Shown here: positions 37,338-45,457 of the stretch, piece by piece
Position numbering within the stretch: position 1 is the stretch's first letter
How the letters are laid out: each line of letters starts with the position of its first letter
Virus record (IMG/VR): IMGVR_UViG_3300015366_000220
Reading direction: 5' to 3' (one strand)
Origin: an uncultured virus (IMG/VR IMGVR_UViG_3300015366_000220)
Lineage: Duplodnaviria > Heunggongvirae > Uroviricota > Caudoviricetes
DNA length: 64,000 nucleotides
Position numbers and translations under genes: made by a program
The notes under the pieces: model-generated
The model's input: the letters and a program-made list of their open reading frames with translations, nothing else
What the model was told of the DNA's origin: nothing
The model's database searches: none

Positions 37338-39125
37338 GTTTATACTGAATCCTCTGATCGCACTCGATGTTGTTGATGTTGCGATTATCTGGCATTTATT
37401 TTCTAATTCAATATTACCTTTATTCCAAACCACTACACCCTGCTGCATCCACATTGGTAGTGATTCGTATGATCTTTTGATTCTATCCAGAATTTCTCTT
37501 GCAGTTGCTGCTTTATGTGCTAATAGAGCAACAGTTTTTTCTTCATTAAATAATACATACCACAAGAAATACCCAACTAATGTGGAAGTATTATGGGATA
37601 ATATTCCATCCGTATATAATCTATGATCATTAGAAGCAACAGTCAGGTCATACATATTTGAGCTGTTTGTGGTTTCTATTACATCAACCACCAAATCAAC
37701 CCCATCCTCTGTTAATATTTTACTGTGATTTGGTATTAAATTTTTAGTGAATACTTGATTGTAATTGGAATCAAAAACAATATGATCATCTGCGCATATT
37801 AATGATTTACCGCTTTTAGTTTTAATTATCCATTCTTTATACTTAATGGTTTTGTGTATATGTGTGATTGGCACCCAACCAGTATCAGATAATACTTCCC
37901 AATTTTTAACTCCAAATGAATTGATAAATTTTCTTTCTACGTTGTTAGAAAGATCAGGCATTCGTCCAGTGCTTGTTTTCTGTTTGCTTTGAAATTTATC
38001 TCTCTTATTCTCAAGACTTGATAACCATCCACCATCAAGGAATGATCTCTGGCATGTTCTTTCATTTGATTCGACGGACGCATGTGGTGCCAATATTCTC
38101 CATCGAATTCTATTATTTTTTTCTTGTTTATATCTATGAAATCTGGAAGTATAGTTTTCCCATTCGAAAGCGTCAGACGATATTCTTTGTTCTGATAATT
38201 GATCATATCTTCCCTCTCCCATGTGGCAAAATATACCATCTCTGAATGATAATGTTCCATTATATCCTTGAATAATATTTGGGATATTTTGGAATAATTT
38301 TGCTTTTTGAAATTCTTCGACCATCTTTTCTGTCGATCCGACCAGATCTCTTTCCCAATCTCTTCCCCATATTTCTCTATGCATATTTCCAGCGAAAACG
38401 TAGTCTGTCTGTCTGATAGAAGCTGTTTTGCAAGAGTCTCGTCCCCATTCGCTTTCTTCATCCAATATTCCAGAGTGGTTGTTGAGTTTCCATTTTTCCT
38501 TCTGGTATTTGCTACTTTTTTGTGTATTTCCGTATCTATTGTACCCACAAATTTTTTGGAGAATGGTGAATACTTCCCTCCATGTTGATATGCTGGATTC
38601 TTTTCTCCCTTGAATCTTTCCGAATATTGGTTCATCAAATATTCGGACACTAGTTGGCTGTTTGGATGTTGTGTTTTGTATTCTTCTGTTGTTATCTTGT
38701 GTGTATTCCTTAAATGGGAATTCAATTGTTTCATCTTCTTTCCGCACATCAGACATTCTACTAAGGTGTTCATAAAAATCTCCTATTGTGATTTCATATA
38801 TTTTATTGGTGATATTATTCTTCACCTTTACCTTAGTATTTATAAAAAAACATTTTCCAACTTGTCTTCCCGCCTTTATTATTATCCTGCGTTCTTTTTC
38901 TATAGTATCAATTGCATCTTTCTGGAAAGGATATAACTCAATATTGACATATCCTCTATCCAGAGTGATCATTTTTACATATTTTTCAATAAAATAATGA
39001 GGGTCTTGTGAGCATCTGGCATATTCCAAAACCTGATCTTCAGTCATTGGTATATTTACACCATCCCTCTTTAGGCGTGGATTACCAAGATAATGTTTAA
39101 TTGCTGTTTTTATTTCTGGTATCAT
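36327..39125 (-). CDS. 17: Terminase large subunit gp17, N-terminal gene: N-extein, intein 1, middle extein, IntN of intein 2, GIY-YIG endonuclease
   Basis: YLGNPRLK, DPHYF, LYPFQ, GRQVGK|...|TST Walker A, WNKGNIELEN, SAIRGFSIN|C. Confidence 0.93.
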   Translation of the reverse strand: MIPEIKTAIKHYLGNPRLKRDGVNIPMTEDQVLEYARCSQDPHYFIEKYVKMITLDRGYVNIELYPFQKDAIDTIEKERRIIIKAGRQVGKCFFINTKVKVKNNITNKIYEITIGDFYEHLSRMSDVRKEDETIEFPFKEYTQDNNRRIQNTTSKQPTSVRIFDEPIFGKIQGRKESSISTWREVFTILQKICGYNRYGNTQKSSKYQKEKWKLNNHSGILDEESEWGRDSCKTASIRQTDYVFAGNMHREIWGRDWERDLVGSTEKMVEEFQKAKLFQNIPNIIQGYNGTLSFRDGIFCHMGEGRYDQLSEQRISSDAFEWENYTSRFHRYKQEKNNRIRWRILAPHASVESNERTCQRSFLDGGWLSSLENKRDKFQSKQKTSTGRMPDLSNNVERKFINSFGVKNWEVLSDTGWVPITHIHKTIKYKEWIIKTKSGKSLICADDHIVFDSNYNQVFTKNLIPNHSKILTEDGVDLVVDVIETTNSSNMYDLTVASNDHRLYTDGILSHNTSTLVGYFLWYVLFNEEKTVALLAHKAATAREILDRIKRSYESLPMWMQQGVVVWNKGNIELENKCQIIATSTTSSAIRGFSINCVTDDTKVCIEYSDAYYYTEISNILNKSKLTEVCSREQSDMKYTVYQITNTKNGKIYVGFHKTNNINDGYMGSGKLIKLAIEKYGISAFDKKILGVFDCKEEAEKYEASIVTKEFTLREDTYNIAIGGNVRIMYGENNPFYGKQHTDTTKKMISEVQSTRQHIGDGIMLEGKSYLSMVDAIRATGLTKNQIISLAGNPDKDVYFCNEMKQKMAEEKFSNILDQRRNQKIISKQRFLGVPKSEDHKKKISTSLSGKKKTKEHIDKINKNPTKIEKTAEKHRGMRRSEESRNKMSAAAKGRQASNKGFVYCYNAETKEKMMCKPEDVPDGWVRGFAPK
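37937..38773 (-). CDS. Zn-finger plus Vsr/DUF559-like (EDxHD-type) endonuclease, overprinted in the +1 frame inside intein 1
   Basis: CLMC..HLRNTH finger; PDF...IIEFDGEYWH...RD...GYQVLRI.E; AGGAG RBS; TATAAATA at 38844-38837. Confidence 0.88.
   Translation of the reverse strand: MNTLVECLMCGKKMKQLNSHLRNTHKITTEEYKTQHPNSQLVSEYLMNQYSERFKGEKNPAYQHGGKYSPFSKKFVGTIDTEIHKKVANTRRKNGNSTTTLEYWMKKANGDETLAKQLLSDRQTTFSLEICIEKYGEEIGKEIWSDRQKRWSKNFKKQNYSKISQILFKDIMEHYHSEMVYFATWEREDMINYQNKEYRLTLSNGKTILPDFIDINKKKIIEFDGEYWHHMRPSNQMKEHARDHSLMVDGYQVLRIREINFKANRKQALDECLIFLTT
38837..38844 (-). promoter_or_regulatory. T4-type late promoter inside the intein 1 coding sequence
   Basis: TATAAATA 63 nt upstream of the nested endonuclease ATG. 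Confidence 0.65.
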
Positions 39126-39571
39126 GTTTTGTTACGAATGGCTTTAAGCAAATCTGCTGTAGTGCCCACAAATACGGCTTTGTCTACGTTTATGTTTGTA
39201 TTTGTGTTACCATTTTCGTTCGTGTCCTTTGTTTTTGATAATAGATCACTTTTATCTTTTTGTATTTTGAGTAGTTTATCTACATTTTCTGCTTGAGTTT
39301 TTAATAGTGTCGCTATAACCTCATATGCTCTTGGATGCTGTGTATCCCTAGCAATCATAGATAGTTCCGTTATTGCAGCATTGCCGTGATTGATGATGTT
39401 GTATATTTCTGATCTTGCGCTATCAGCATCGGTTTCTACATTATTAACATCATTTGTAGCAACGACTGTTTCTGTGGTGGCTATTTTTGTGTTTGAAGTA
39501 ATTTCTGTGTATTCAGCCGTTATTGGAGCTGTGCCCAGTATACTAGATAAGTTTTTATCAAAGTCACTCAT
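39122..39571 (-). CDS. 16: Terminase small subunit gp16
   Basis: HPRAYEV...FVGTTADL; directly upstream of gp17. Confidence 0.92.
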   Translation of the reverse strand: MSDFDKNLSSILGTAPITAEYTEITSNTKIATTETVVATNDVNNVETDADSARSEIYNIINHGNAAITELSMIARDTQHPRAYEVIATLLKTQAENVDKLLKIQKDKSDLLSKTKDTNENGNTNTNINVDKAVFVGTTADLLKAIRNKT

Positions 39572-39579
39572 TTTAATAC

Positions 39580-40572
39580 CTAAATTGTTTCTATTATTGT
39601 CGTTGTGAATCCATAGTCATCATCCACATTTGCTGTTGGTGGATTTGGGGTTACTGTTATATTATCTAGCTGATGATTATCATTAACTATTCGTGTGATA
39701 TTCCATGTTGCGCCACTTACTGCACCATGTAATGATTTATTGTTATATAAAACACCATTCGTATCCACTATGGTTAGTGTATTTGATGTATTATCCCATG
39801 ACTCAACATATGCCGTAGCATTTGATCTCCCTATGGATGATCCCTCATATACTAATTCACCTATCTTATATCCAACACTACCACCATCAAGATTTAATAT
39901 TTTTGTTCCTGTGGCATCTGTGTTATAGTAAAATGTATTAGCAGTTGCTTTATGTATTATTTTTGCTTCGTTTGTTGGTCCGTACAAATATCCTTGCATG
40001 GTAAATTGTAGAGTCCAAGTTAATACTCGAAGACTATCAGCTGATCCTTCATCCTGAACATCTTGGCTGACGGAATTTAATATCAATGGAAGATCATCCT
40101 CAACATCAGGTAATCCTAAAAGACTTGCCTTCAGTGTATAATCTGGGGAAAAATACGGAAGAATCTGCTCAACTATTTGTGTACCATCTTCCACATTCCT
40201 CACATATATGTTTAACGTAAAATTAAATGTGTATGGTGTTCTTTTTACTGTAACAACAGAACCAGTATCATTGTTATATGAGAATTCTGTGTTATATATC
40301 GATCTCTTTCTTACTGGATCATATATTATGGAATCCAATTCAAATCCCATTCTGGGTAAATTTACCTCAGTCTGTTTGAATAATTCTGGATCTTGTGTGA
40401 TTCTTTTATAGAATTTTTCTTTGTTTATATATGATAATGGAACAGTTATGCGTTCTATTTCAAATGTTCCGGTTTTGTCATGGCGCACAAGTCTAATATT
40501 ATTAAACATTGTTCCGAATGCAACAACCATTTTCCTGATTGTTCTATGATAGAAATGTTGATTAGATAACAT
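39580..40572 (-). CDS. 15: Tail sheath stabiliser/completion protein gp15
   Basis: FYHRTIRKMVVAFGTMFNNI, LPRMGFE, QIVEQILPYF.P; start MLSNQHF at 40572 overlaps the endonuclease stop. Confidence 0.92.
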   Translation of the reverse strand: MLSNQHFYHRTIRKMVVAFGTMFNNIRLVRHDKTGTFEIERITVPLSYINKEKFYKRITQDPELFKQTEVNLPRMGFELDSIIYDPVRKRSIYNTEFSYNNDTGSVVTVKRTPYTFNFTLNIYVRNVEDGTQIVEQILPYFSPDYTLKASLLGLPDVEDDLPLILNSVSQDVQDEGSADSLRVLTWTLQFTMQGYLYGPTNEAKIIHKATANTFYYNTDATGTKILNLDGGSVGYKIGELVYEGSSIGRSNATAYVESWDNTSNTLTIVDTNGVLYNNKSLHGAVSGATWNITRIVNDNHQLDNITVTPNPPTANVDDDYGFTTTIIETI

Positions 40573-41243
40573 CAGATTTGTTCTCTGAAAAATATTCTTC
40601 GTCCAGTTTCTGGGCAAATTCTCCAACGTCTACCAATTGTAGCATCACTCATCCTTTGCTTTTGTTCCATAGTTCTTTTATGTGATCTATCTCTATTGGT
40701 CTTTGCTCGTCTTTTAACTTCTTCTGTTGTGGGAAAGTGTCTTTTTTCGATGGGAATAACTCGCCCCCTAGCTTTCTCCCCAATTTTTTTTCTTGTATCA
40801 TCGGAGATGGTTTTGCCTTTATGTGCTATAGAAATTTTATTTTTAGCTTCTTCGGTATGATGCTTTCCCCACATTGGATTCAAACTGCCTCTTTGTTTTT
40901 CAGACATTAAATGTAAAGTTTCCGGTGTGTGTTTTTTCCCATGCATTGGTGGTACAGACTTCCCATAATTTAGATTCAACCAATCATCTTTTTCCACAAC
41001 TCTAAGTTTATATAAAACCCTAGATTCCCAGTCTCTGGCATCTTTGGTCGTATCAAAAACTCTTCTGACCTCATAAAAAAAAGAATTCACCCCATATTCG
41101 GCTATCAATCTCTTAACCTCTTTGGAGGATGAAAAATATTTATTCCAGAGATCATCCGGATGACAATCCAATTTGTATCTAACTCCATAATATTTTTTGC
41201 CGGTGGGTTTGTGATAAAGATAATATGTAAATGGTATGGTCAT
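40572..41243 (-). CDS. Free-standing GIY-YIG-like homing endonuclease with NUMOD3 repeats
   Basis: FTYYLYH..TGKKYYGVRY...YFSSS; GKKHTPET and GKHHTEEAK; GGAG RBS; CTAAATA upstream. Confidence 0.82.
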   Translation of the reverse strand: MTIPFTYYLYHKPTGKKYYGVRYKLDCHPDDLWNKYFSSSKEVKRLIAEYGVNSFFYEVRRVFDTTKDARDWESRVLYKLRVVEKDDWLNLNYGKSVPPMHGKKHTPETLHLMSEKQRGSLNPMWGKHHTEEAKNKISIAHKGKTISDDTRKKIGEKARGRVIPIEKRHFPTTEEVKRRAKTNRDRSHKRTMEQKQRMSDATIGRRWRICPETGRRIFFREQI

Positions 41244-41307
41244 TATATTCTCCAAGTTCGATATTACTATTTAGTAATTTTCGATTTTAGAGAATAGCAT
41301 CACTTAA

Positions 41308-42213
41308 TCAATTTACCTCCCCGAACGGGTTATGCTCTGTGAAATCTAGGAAATTACCTGCTTCTATTTCTAATCTAGTGTTATCGTCGAGATTTTCCGT
41401 ATTTGCATTCGTTATTGTTATTGATTCTGGTAATGTCCAGACTGCCCCACTTGAGTAGCCTTTTATATCAACACCAACAGCAAAATCACCTTTGATATTT
41501 CTCAGTTTCAATTTTCTATCCGGTCTATTCCAAGAAGCAACAACACCTCGTGCCGTTGCTGTATCTAAAGAGTCACCCTGATACACCCATTCATATTTTT
41601 GATATGTCCCAATCCCACCAGTATTTAGGATATGCTCCAAACTAAATCCTTGAACATCACCAATTCTATCAATTATCTCCACACCAGTAGTGAATAATTC
41701 TCCATTATATTTAAATGCTTCAAGTGAGAGAGAGTACATATATGGATTAGTTGAATCTCTTCCTAACTGGAAAAAGTTCTTTTCCTGTTCGACAAATTTA
41801 ATTTCCATTAATTTATATTGTACTGGTAAATAAACCAAATCTCCTTCTTTTGGAACATGTCTCTCTGGTATGTTTTTATCTAGTTGTGCTGTGGTATTTT
41901 TCCACACAACCTTTTCAAAAGTTCGTCTAGCCATAACAACTGTGGCAGAATCTTGTATCTCTAATCCAAACTTGGAAAAAAATTCATGGTTGCCTGTGTA
42001 TTCCTTGGTGGATTCAAGATACATATCTATCTTGAATGCTTTAGAAAAACATTTAACGGGATCATCACCAAACAACTCATCTGTGGAAGATTGGGAATCC
42101 CTTGGAATATAATATACACTGATGCCATGATTCTTTATGGATTCAAGAATCATATCTTCAAGTAAAAACTGTTCACTTGTTGCATTTTGGTTATTAAAAT
42201 ATACGCTTGTCAT
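41308..42213 (-). CDS. 14: Neck protein gp14
   Basis: ESIKNHG..YYIPR, SKFGLEI.D, PKEGDLVYLP, FFQLG, DFTEHNPFG. Confidence 0.93.
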   Translation of the reverse strand: MTSVYFNNQNATSEQFLLEDMILESIKNHGISVYYIPRDSQSSTDELFGDDPVKCFSKAFKIDMYLESTKEYTGNHEFFSKFGLEIQDSATVVMARRTFEKVVWKNTTAQLDKNIPERHVPKEGDLVYLPVQYKLMEIKFVEQEKNFFQLGRDSTNPYMYSLSLEAFKYNGELFTTGVEIIDRIGDVQGFSLEHILNTGGIGTYQKYEWVYQGDSLDTATARGVVASWNRPDRKLKLRNIKGDFAVGVDIKGYSSGAVWTLPESITITNANTENLDDNTRLEIEAGNFLDFTEHNPFGEVN

Positions 42214-42218
42214 TTATA

Positions 42219-42977
42219 TTATCCAATCAAGAATGGTACTGGCTCTTCGTAAGTGTCGCGTAATTTCTGTTCTAATCTGGCAATTTCGGCATCTGCATCC
42301 GCATATATCTTCTCACCATTTATAATCATCCCACCCGGAAGAACATAACCACCATATTTGGTTAGATTTGATCCCCATTGTTTCTTTATTAGTTGTGTGG
42401 TGTATTCCTTTAACCATATATCATTATATACACTATAATAATAATCCGGATCAATAATTCTTCTCGCCTCAACCACGATATAATCACCCACATTCACTTT
42501 TGCTTGCCAATTCATTGCAATATATAATATGTTGGTGGTTTTATTGTATGTGAATGGTACTCTACCAGTTACGATCATATCCAACATTGCTAGATGTTCA
42601 CGGGCAATAACGTAATACGTATATGAGCTGGATGTTAGATTGTAGAAGTCATTAAGTCTCAGTTGGTAATTGATATCAAACATATTAAAACCACCAGCAG
42701 TAGTGGATGTCTGCTGTCCGGTCATTGGTAGTATGTTGTTAACTGATATAATATTATCAGACAATTCTATTTGCTGATTATCAATATGATATTGTGTAAC
42801 TTGTAAACCCAGCCAAGTCATTTCTGTACCATCATAATGATACTGCTGGAATAACTGCATGGCATCATCAATGCGATCTTCTACCTGATCATCATCGACA
42901 TTTATGTCAATAACAGGAAATCCCAGCTTTCGTAGGCAATAATCCTTTAATTCTTGTCTTGATGTTGGTTGTGCCAT
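42219..42977 (-). CDS. 13: Neck protein gp13
   Basis: LKDYCLRKLGFPVIDINV, KQWGSNLTKY..LPGG..ING. Confidence 0.94.
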   Translation of the reverse strand: MAQPTSRQELKDYCLRKLGFPVIDINVDDDQVEDRIDDAMQLFQQYHYDGTEMTWLGLQVTQYHIDNQQIELSDNIISVNNILPMTGQQTSTTAGGFNMFDINYQLRLNDFYNLTSSSYTYYVIAREHLAMLDMIVTGRVPFTYNKTTNILYIAMNWQAKVNVGDYIVVEARRIIDPDYYYSVYNDIWLKEYTTQLIKKQWGSNLTKYGGYVLPGGMIINGEKIYADADAEIARLEQKLRDTYEEPVPFLIG

Positions 42978-43008
42978 TAGATAAATTCCTCGTAATAATA
43001 CATATTTA

Positions 43009-43272
43009 TCATTGCGGAATGATTACCCTTTTGCGTCCTGCATAGATAACAATGGTTCCAGCTGATCCAGTTATCCCACCAGAAGTAACAGTAAATGAAA
43101 ATTGGGATACACCGGAAGCAACATTATATGTTCCATCCGGATTTATAGTAACATCAGATGTCGTTCCACCAGTCACCGCAGTAACATCAATGATATCCCC
43201 AGAAGCAATATCTGGGGATGCTGTTATTCTGACTGCTGTATTCCAATATGGGGTTGTTATTGTAGTACTCAT
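43009..43272 (-). CDS. Small beta-rich virion protein; stand-alone copy of a domain in the upstream gene
   Basis: RITASPDIASGDIIDVTAVTGG..DVTINPDGT matches RITSTPDLASGDIVEVVSVTGG..DVLLNNDGT. Confidence 0.65.
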   Translation of the reverse strand: MSTTITTPYWNTAVRITASPDIASGDIIDVTAVTGGTTSDVTINPDGTYNVASGVSQFSFTVTSGGITGSAGTIVIYAGRKRVIIPQ

Positions 43273-43283
43273 ATTCTACCTAT

Positions 43284-45434
43284 TTACGGTGCAACATATT
43301 CTTGCATTAAATATGCGCCCAAAGAGATTGCAGTTTGCTCATATGTCGTTTTTGTTGAATTTGGGCAAGAGAACATTGGATAATATGGCTGGATTCTACC
43401 AGATGTCACTGTTAATTCGCTTAATCTGTTATTAATTGTGGTCTGGTCTAACGCATCACCTTCTAATAGAGTTCCATTTAGGTCATTGTATGATTGTGAT
43501 GTATTTCCTACGATAATTTTAGTAGGATGCGCGTTTCTGATATCTGTCACAATGGTCTGTAATGCAGCCTGTAATCCAGATTGGTTGGTTGATCCTGCAC
43601 TAGTCCAGCCAGCAGTAGAATGTACTCCTAGTGCTGTTGTGCAGTTATCAATAAACAACCCATCATACGAATAATATGATGAAGAAAATAATGCATCCAC
43701 TCCAGCTTTATATGCGGTTTGGAATACACTTTTTCTATAATCCCAAAGTCTACACACTCCTGGTGTAGAGCTTCCACCTGGATTTCCAGCCGTGACTCCG
43801 CTTTTAGTAAATCCAACTGGAGCAGACGAATATGAGGCAGCAACCCCATTACCTAAAGATGTTTCTATCCAAGGGAAATTAGCACCAGTACCAGACATTA
43901 TATCTCTCATTATTTGAGCATTTGGTCCTGAAGTTGAATTTATTTGTTCTTCGCTTATTAGGAAATATACCAATATTTTTACATTTGGATTCTTTGCCTT
44001 GATAGCATCAGCAAATGCTCGTCCTTGATCTGAATTATTGGAATTAAATGGATATAATACAACAACATCATTAGTGGCTAATTGTGTGGTGTATATATCT
44101 GAACTTTGTGTGGTATAGTTAATAGAATCAACATACCATAACTGCCAACGCTTGGCAGTTGCTTCTGAGTATTTCCTGCCGCTTATAATTGGTCTTTGCA
44201 TAACAGTGTTTATTGCATTTTTCGTTACTCCAACCCCAGATAATATCTGTGCGGCAGCACTTCCCCAAGTAAAATCAGTTGCTGACCACACTCTACAAGT
44301 AAATTGAGTCACACTAGAAGACGCATCAAATGTTCCATCGTTATTTAACAATACATCAGTTATAGCTCCCCCAGTAACAGAAACAACTTCTACAATATCT
44401 CCAGATGCTAGATCCGGTGTGCTAGTGATACGAGAGCTTGATGTTGTATTTGGTGTTCCTATGGTAACCCAACTTCTGGCGTCTGGTGGAGTTATGGTAA
44501 TAGCTTTTGTGTCTGTTGTTGATGCAGCAGTAACACGAAGCGTAGCTGATCCATAATATAAATCATATGAGCTTGGTGCATCAAATACAACATTAAATGT
44601 TATAGTTGAATCTGTTGTAGCTGTAACAGTCTGTGGTATTGTTCTACCTCCCTGTATAATATCAACAGTACCACCAGTCAGTAGACCACCAGTAATAACT
44701 ACTCCGGTTTGGGTGGATGTTATGATATTATCAGTATCTACATTAGTGATTGTAGCAACTGCTTGTCCAGAAAAAAATGCTCCAAATACATGAGTTCTCT
44801 GGTATCCTTGCCCTGGTAGAAATATTATCTCAGTTTGAGAAGTTGATGATATGGCTTTAGATTCATAACTTAATCCAGAATTATATCCTGAGAATAATCC
44901 GGATGCGAATAATGTTGCTCCACCACCAGCAGTTGGTGAAATCAGTGTCCCACCATTAACCATTGCTGCCCAACCACACAATATACCAGATGTATTGCTT
45001 GGTGTTATATACCCAGAAGACATTGATCCACCATCAATGTATGGGGGCGGTGATGCTGTATTATGGCTAGTCACATATCCAGTAGTAATTGCACCAGAGA
45101 TTTCTGCTGCTGCCAACATAATATCTTCATTTGTTTTTCCATAGGTGGCTTGCAGAGTAAGAGATCCTGTTCCAGTAATTGGAACTATGAATCTGTAAAT
45201 TTCGGCGTAATTTGCAGTATCATCTATATAATCGATTTGTACTGGAGTTCCGATTGTTGCTGTACCTGATAATTTGGATATAACACAGGTATGAGGTAGC
45301 GCAGCATGTGCCATGAAAAGAACGTCCAATACATTCCCAGAAGTCACATTCAGGGAAACAGGAACTGTTCCAGCTGCTGCTGTGCCTCCATACGCTGGAC
45401 TAAATGCATCTATAATTTGAACTACTGTTGACAT
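43284..45434 (-). CDS. Virion protein: Ig-like/beta domains plus C-terminal putative TIM-barrel glycoside hydrolase
   Basis: Thr/Ser/Gly-rich N-half; KAKNPNVKILVY, WDYR..FQ, YDGLFIDN, IIVGN motifs. Confidence 0.6.
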   Translation of the reverse strand: MSTVVQIIDAFSPAYGGTAAAGTVPVSLNVTSGNVLDVLFMAHAALPHTCVISKLSGTATIGTPVQIDYIDDTANYAEIYRFIVPITGTGSLTLQATYGKTNEDIMLAAAEISGAITTGYVTSHNTASPPPYIDGGSMSSGYITPSNTSGILCGWAAMVNGGTLISPTAGGGATLFASGLFSGYNSGLSYESKAISSTSQTEIIFLPGQGYQRTHVFGAFFSGQAVATITNVDTDNIITSTQTGVVITGGLLTGGTVDIIQGGRTIPQTVTATTDSTITFNVVFDAPSSYDLYYGSATLRVTAASTTDTKAITITPPDARSWVTIGTPNTTSSSRITSTPDLASGDIVEVVSVTGGAITDVLLNNDGTFDASSSVTQFTCRVWSATDFTWGSAAAQILSGVGVTKNAINTVMQRPIISGRKYSEATAKRWQLWYVDSINYTTQSSDIYTTQLATNDVVVLYPFNSNNSDQGRAFADAIKAKNPNVKILVYFLISEEQINSTSGPNAQIMRDIMSGTGANFPWIETSLGNGVAASYSSAPVGFTKSGVTAGNPGGSSTPGVCRLWDYRKSVFQTAYKAGVDALFSSSYYSYDGLFIDNCTTALGVHSTAGWTSAGSTNQSGLQAALQTIVTDIRNAHPTKIIVGNTSQSYNDLNGTLLEGDALDQTTINNRLSELTVTSGRIQPYYPMFSCPNSTKTTYEQTAISLGAYLMQEYVAP

Positions 45435-45457
45435 TAGTAATTATTCTCCAAAAGTTA

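Larger units (their letters stand above)
37590..38852 (-). mobile_element. Intein 1 (421 aa) inserted in the terminase Walker A motif
   Basis: GK|CFFINTKV block A; CADDH block B; MYDLTV block F; GILSHN|T block G. Confidence 0.9.

Noticed and set aside
36327..38852. Group I introns as the explanation for the interrupted terminase
   Set aside because: Both insertions have protein-splicing signatures (Cys1, His in block B, His-Asn, Thr/Cys+1) exactly at the extein junctions, and coding sequence leaves no room for a ribozyme core
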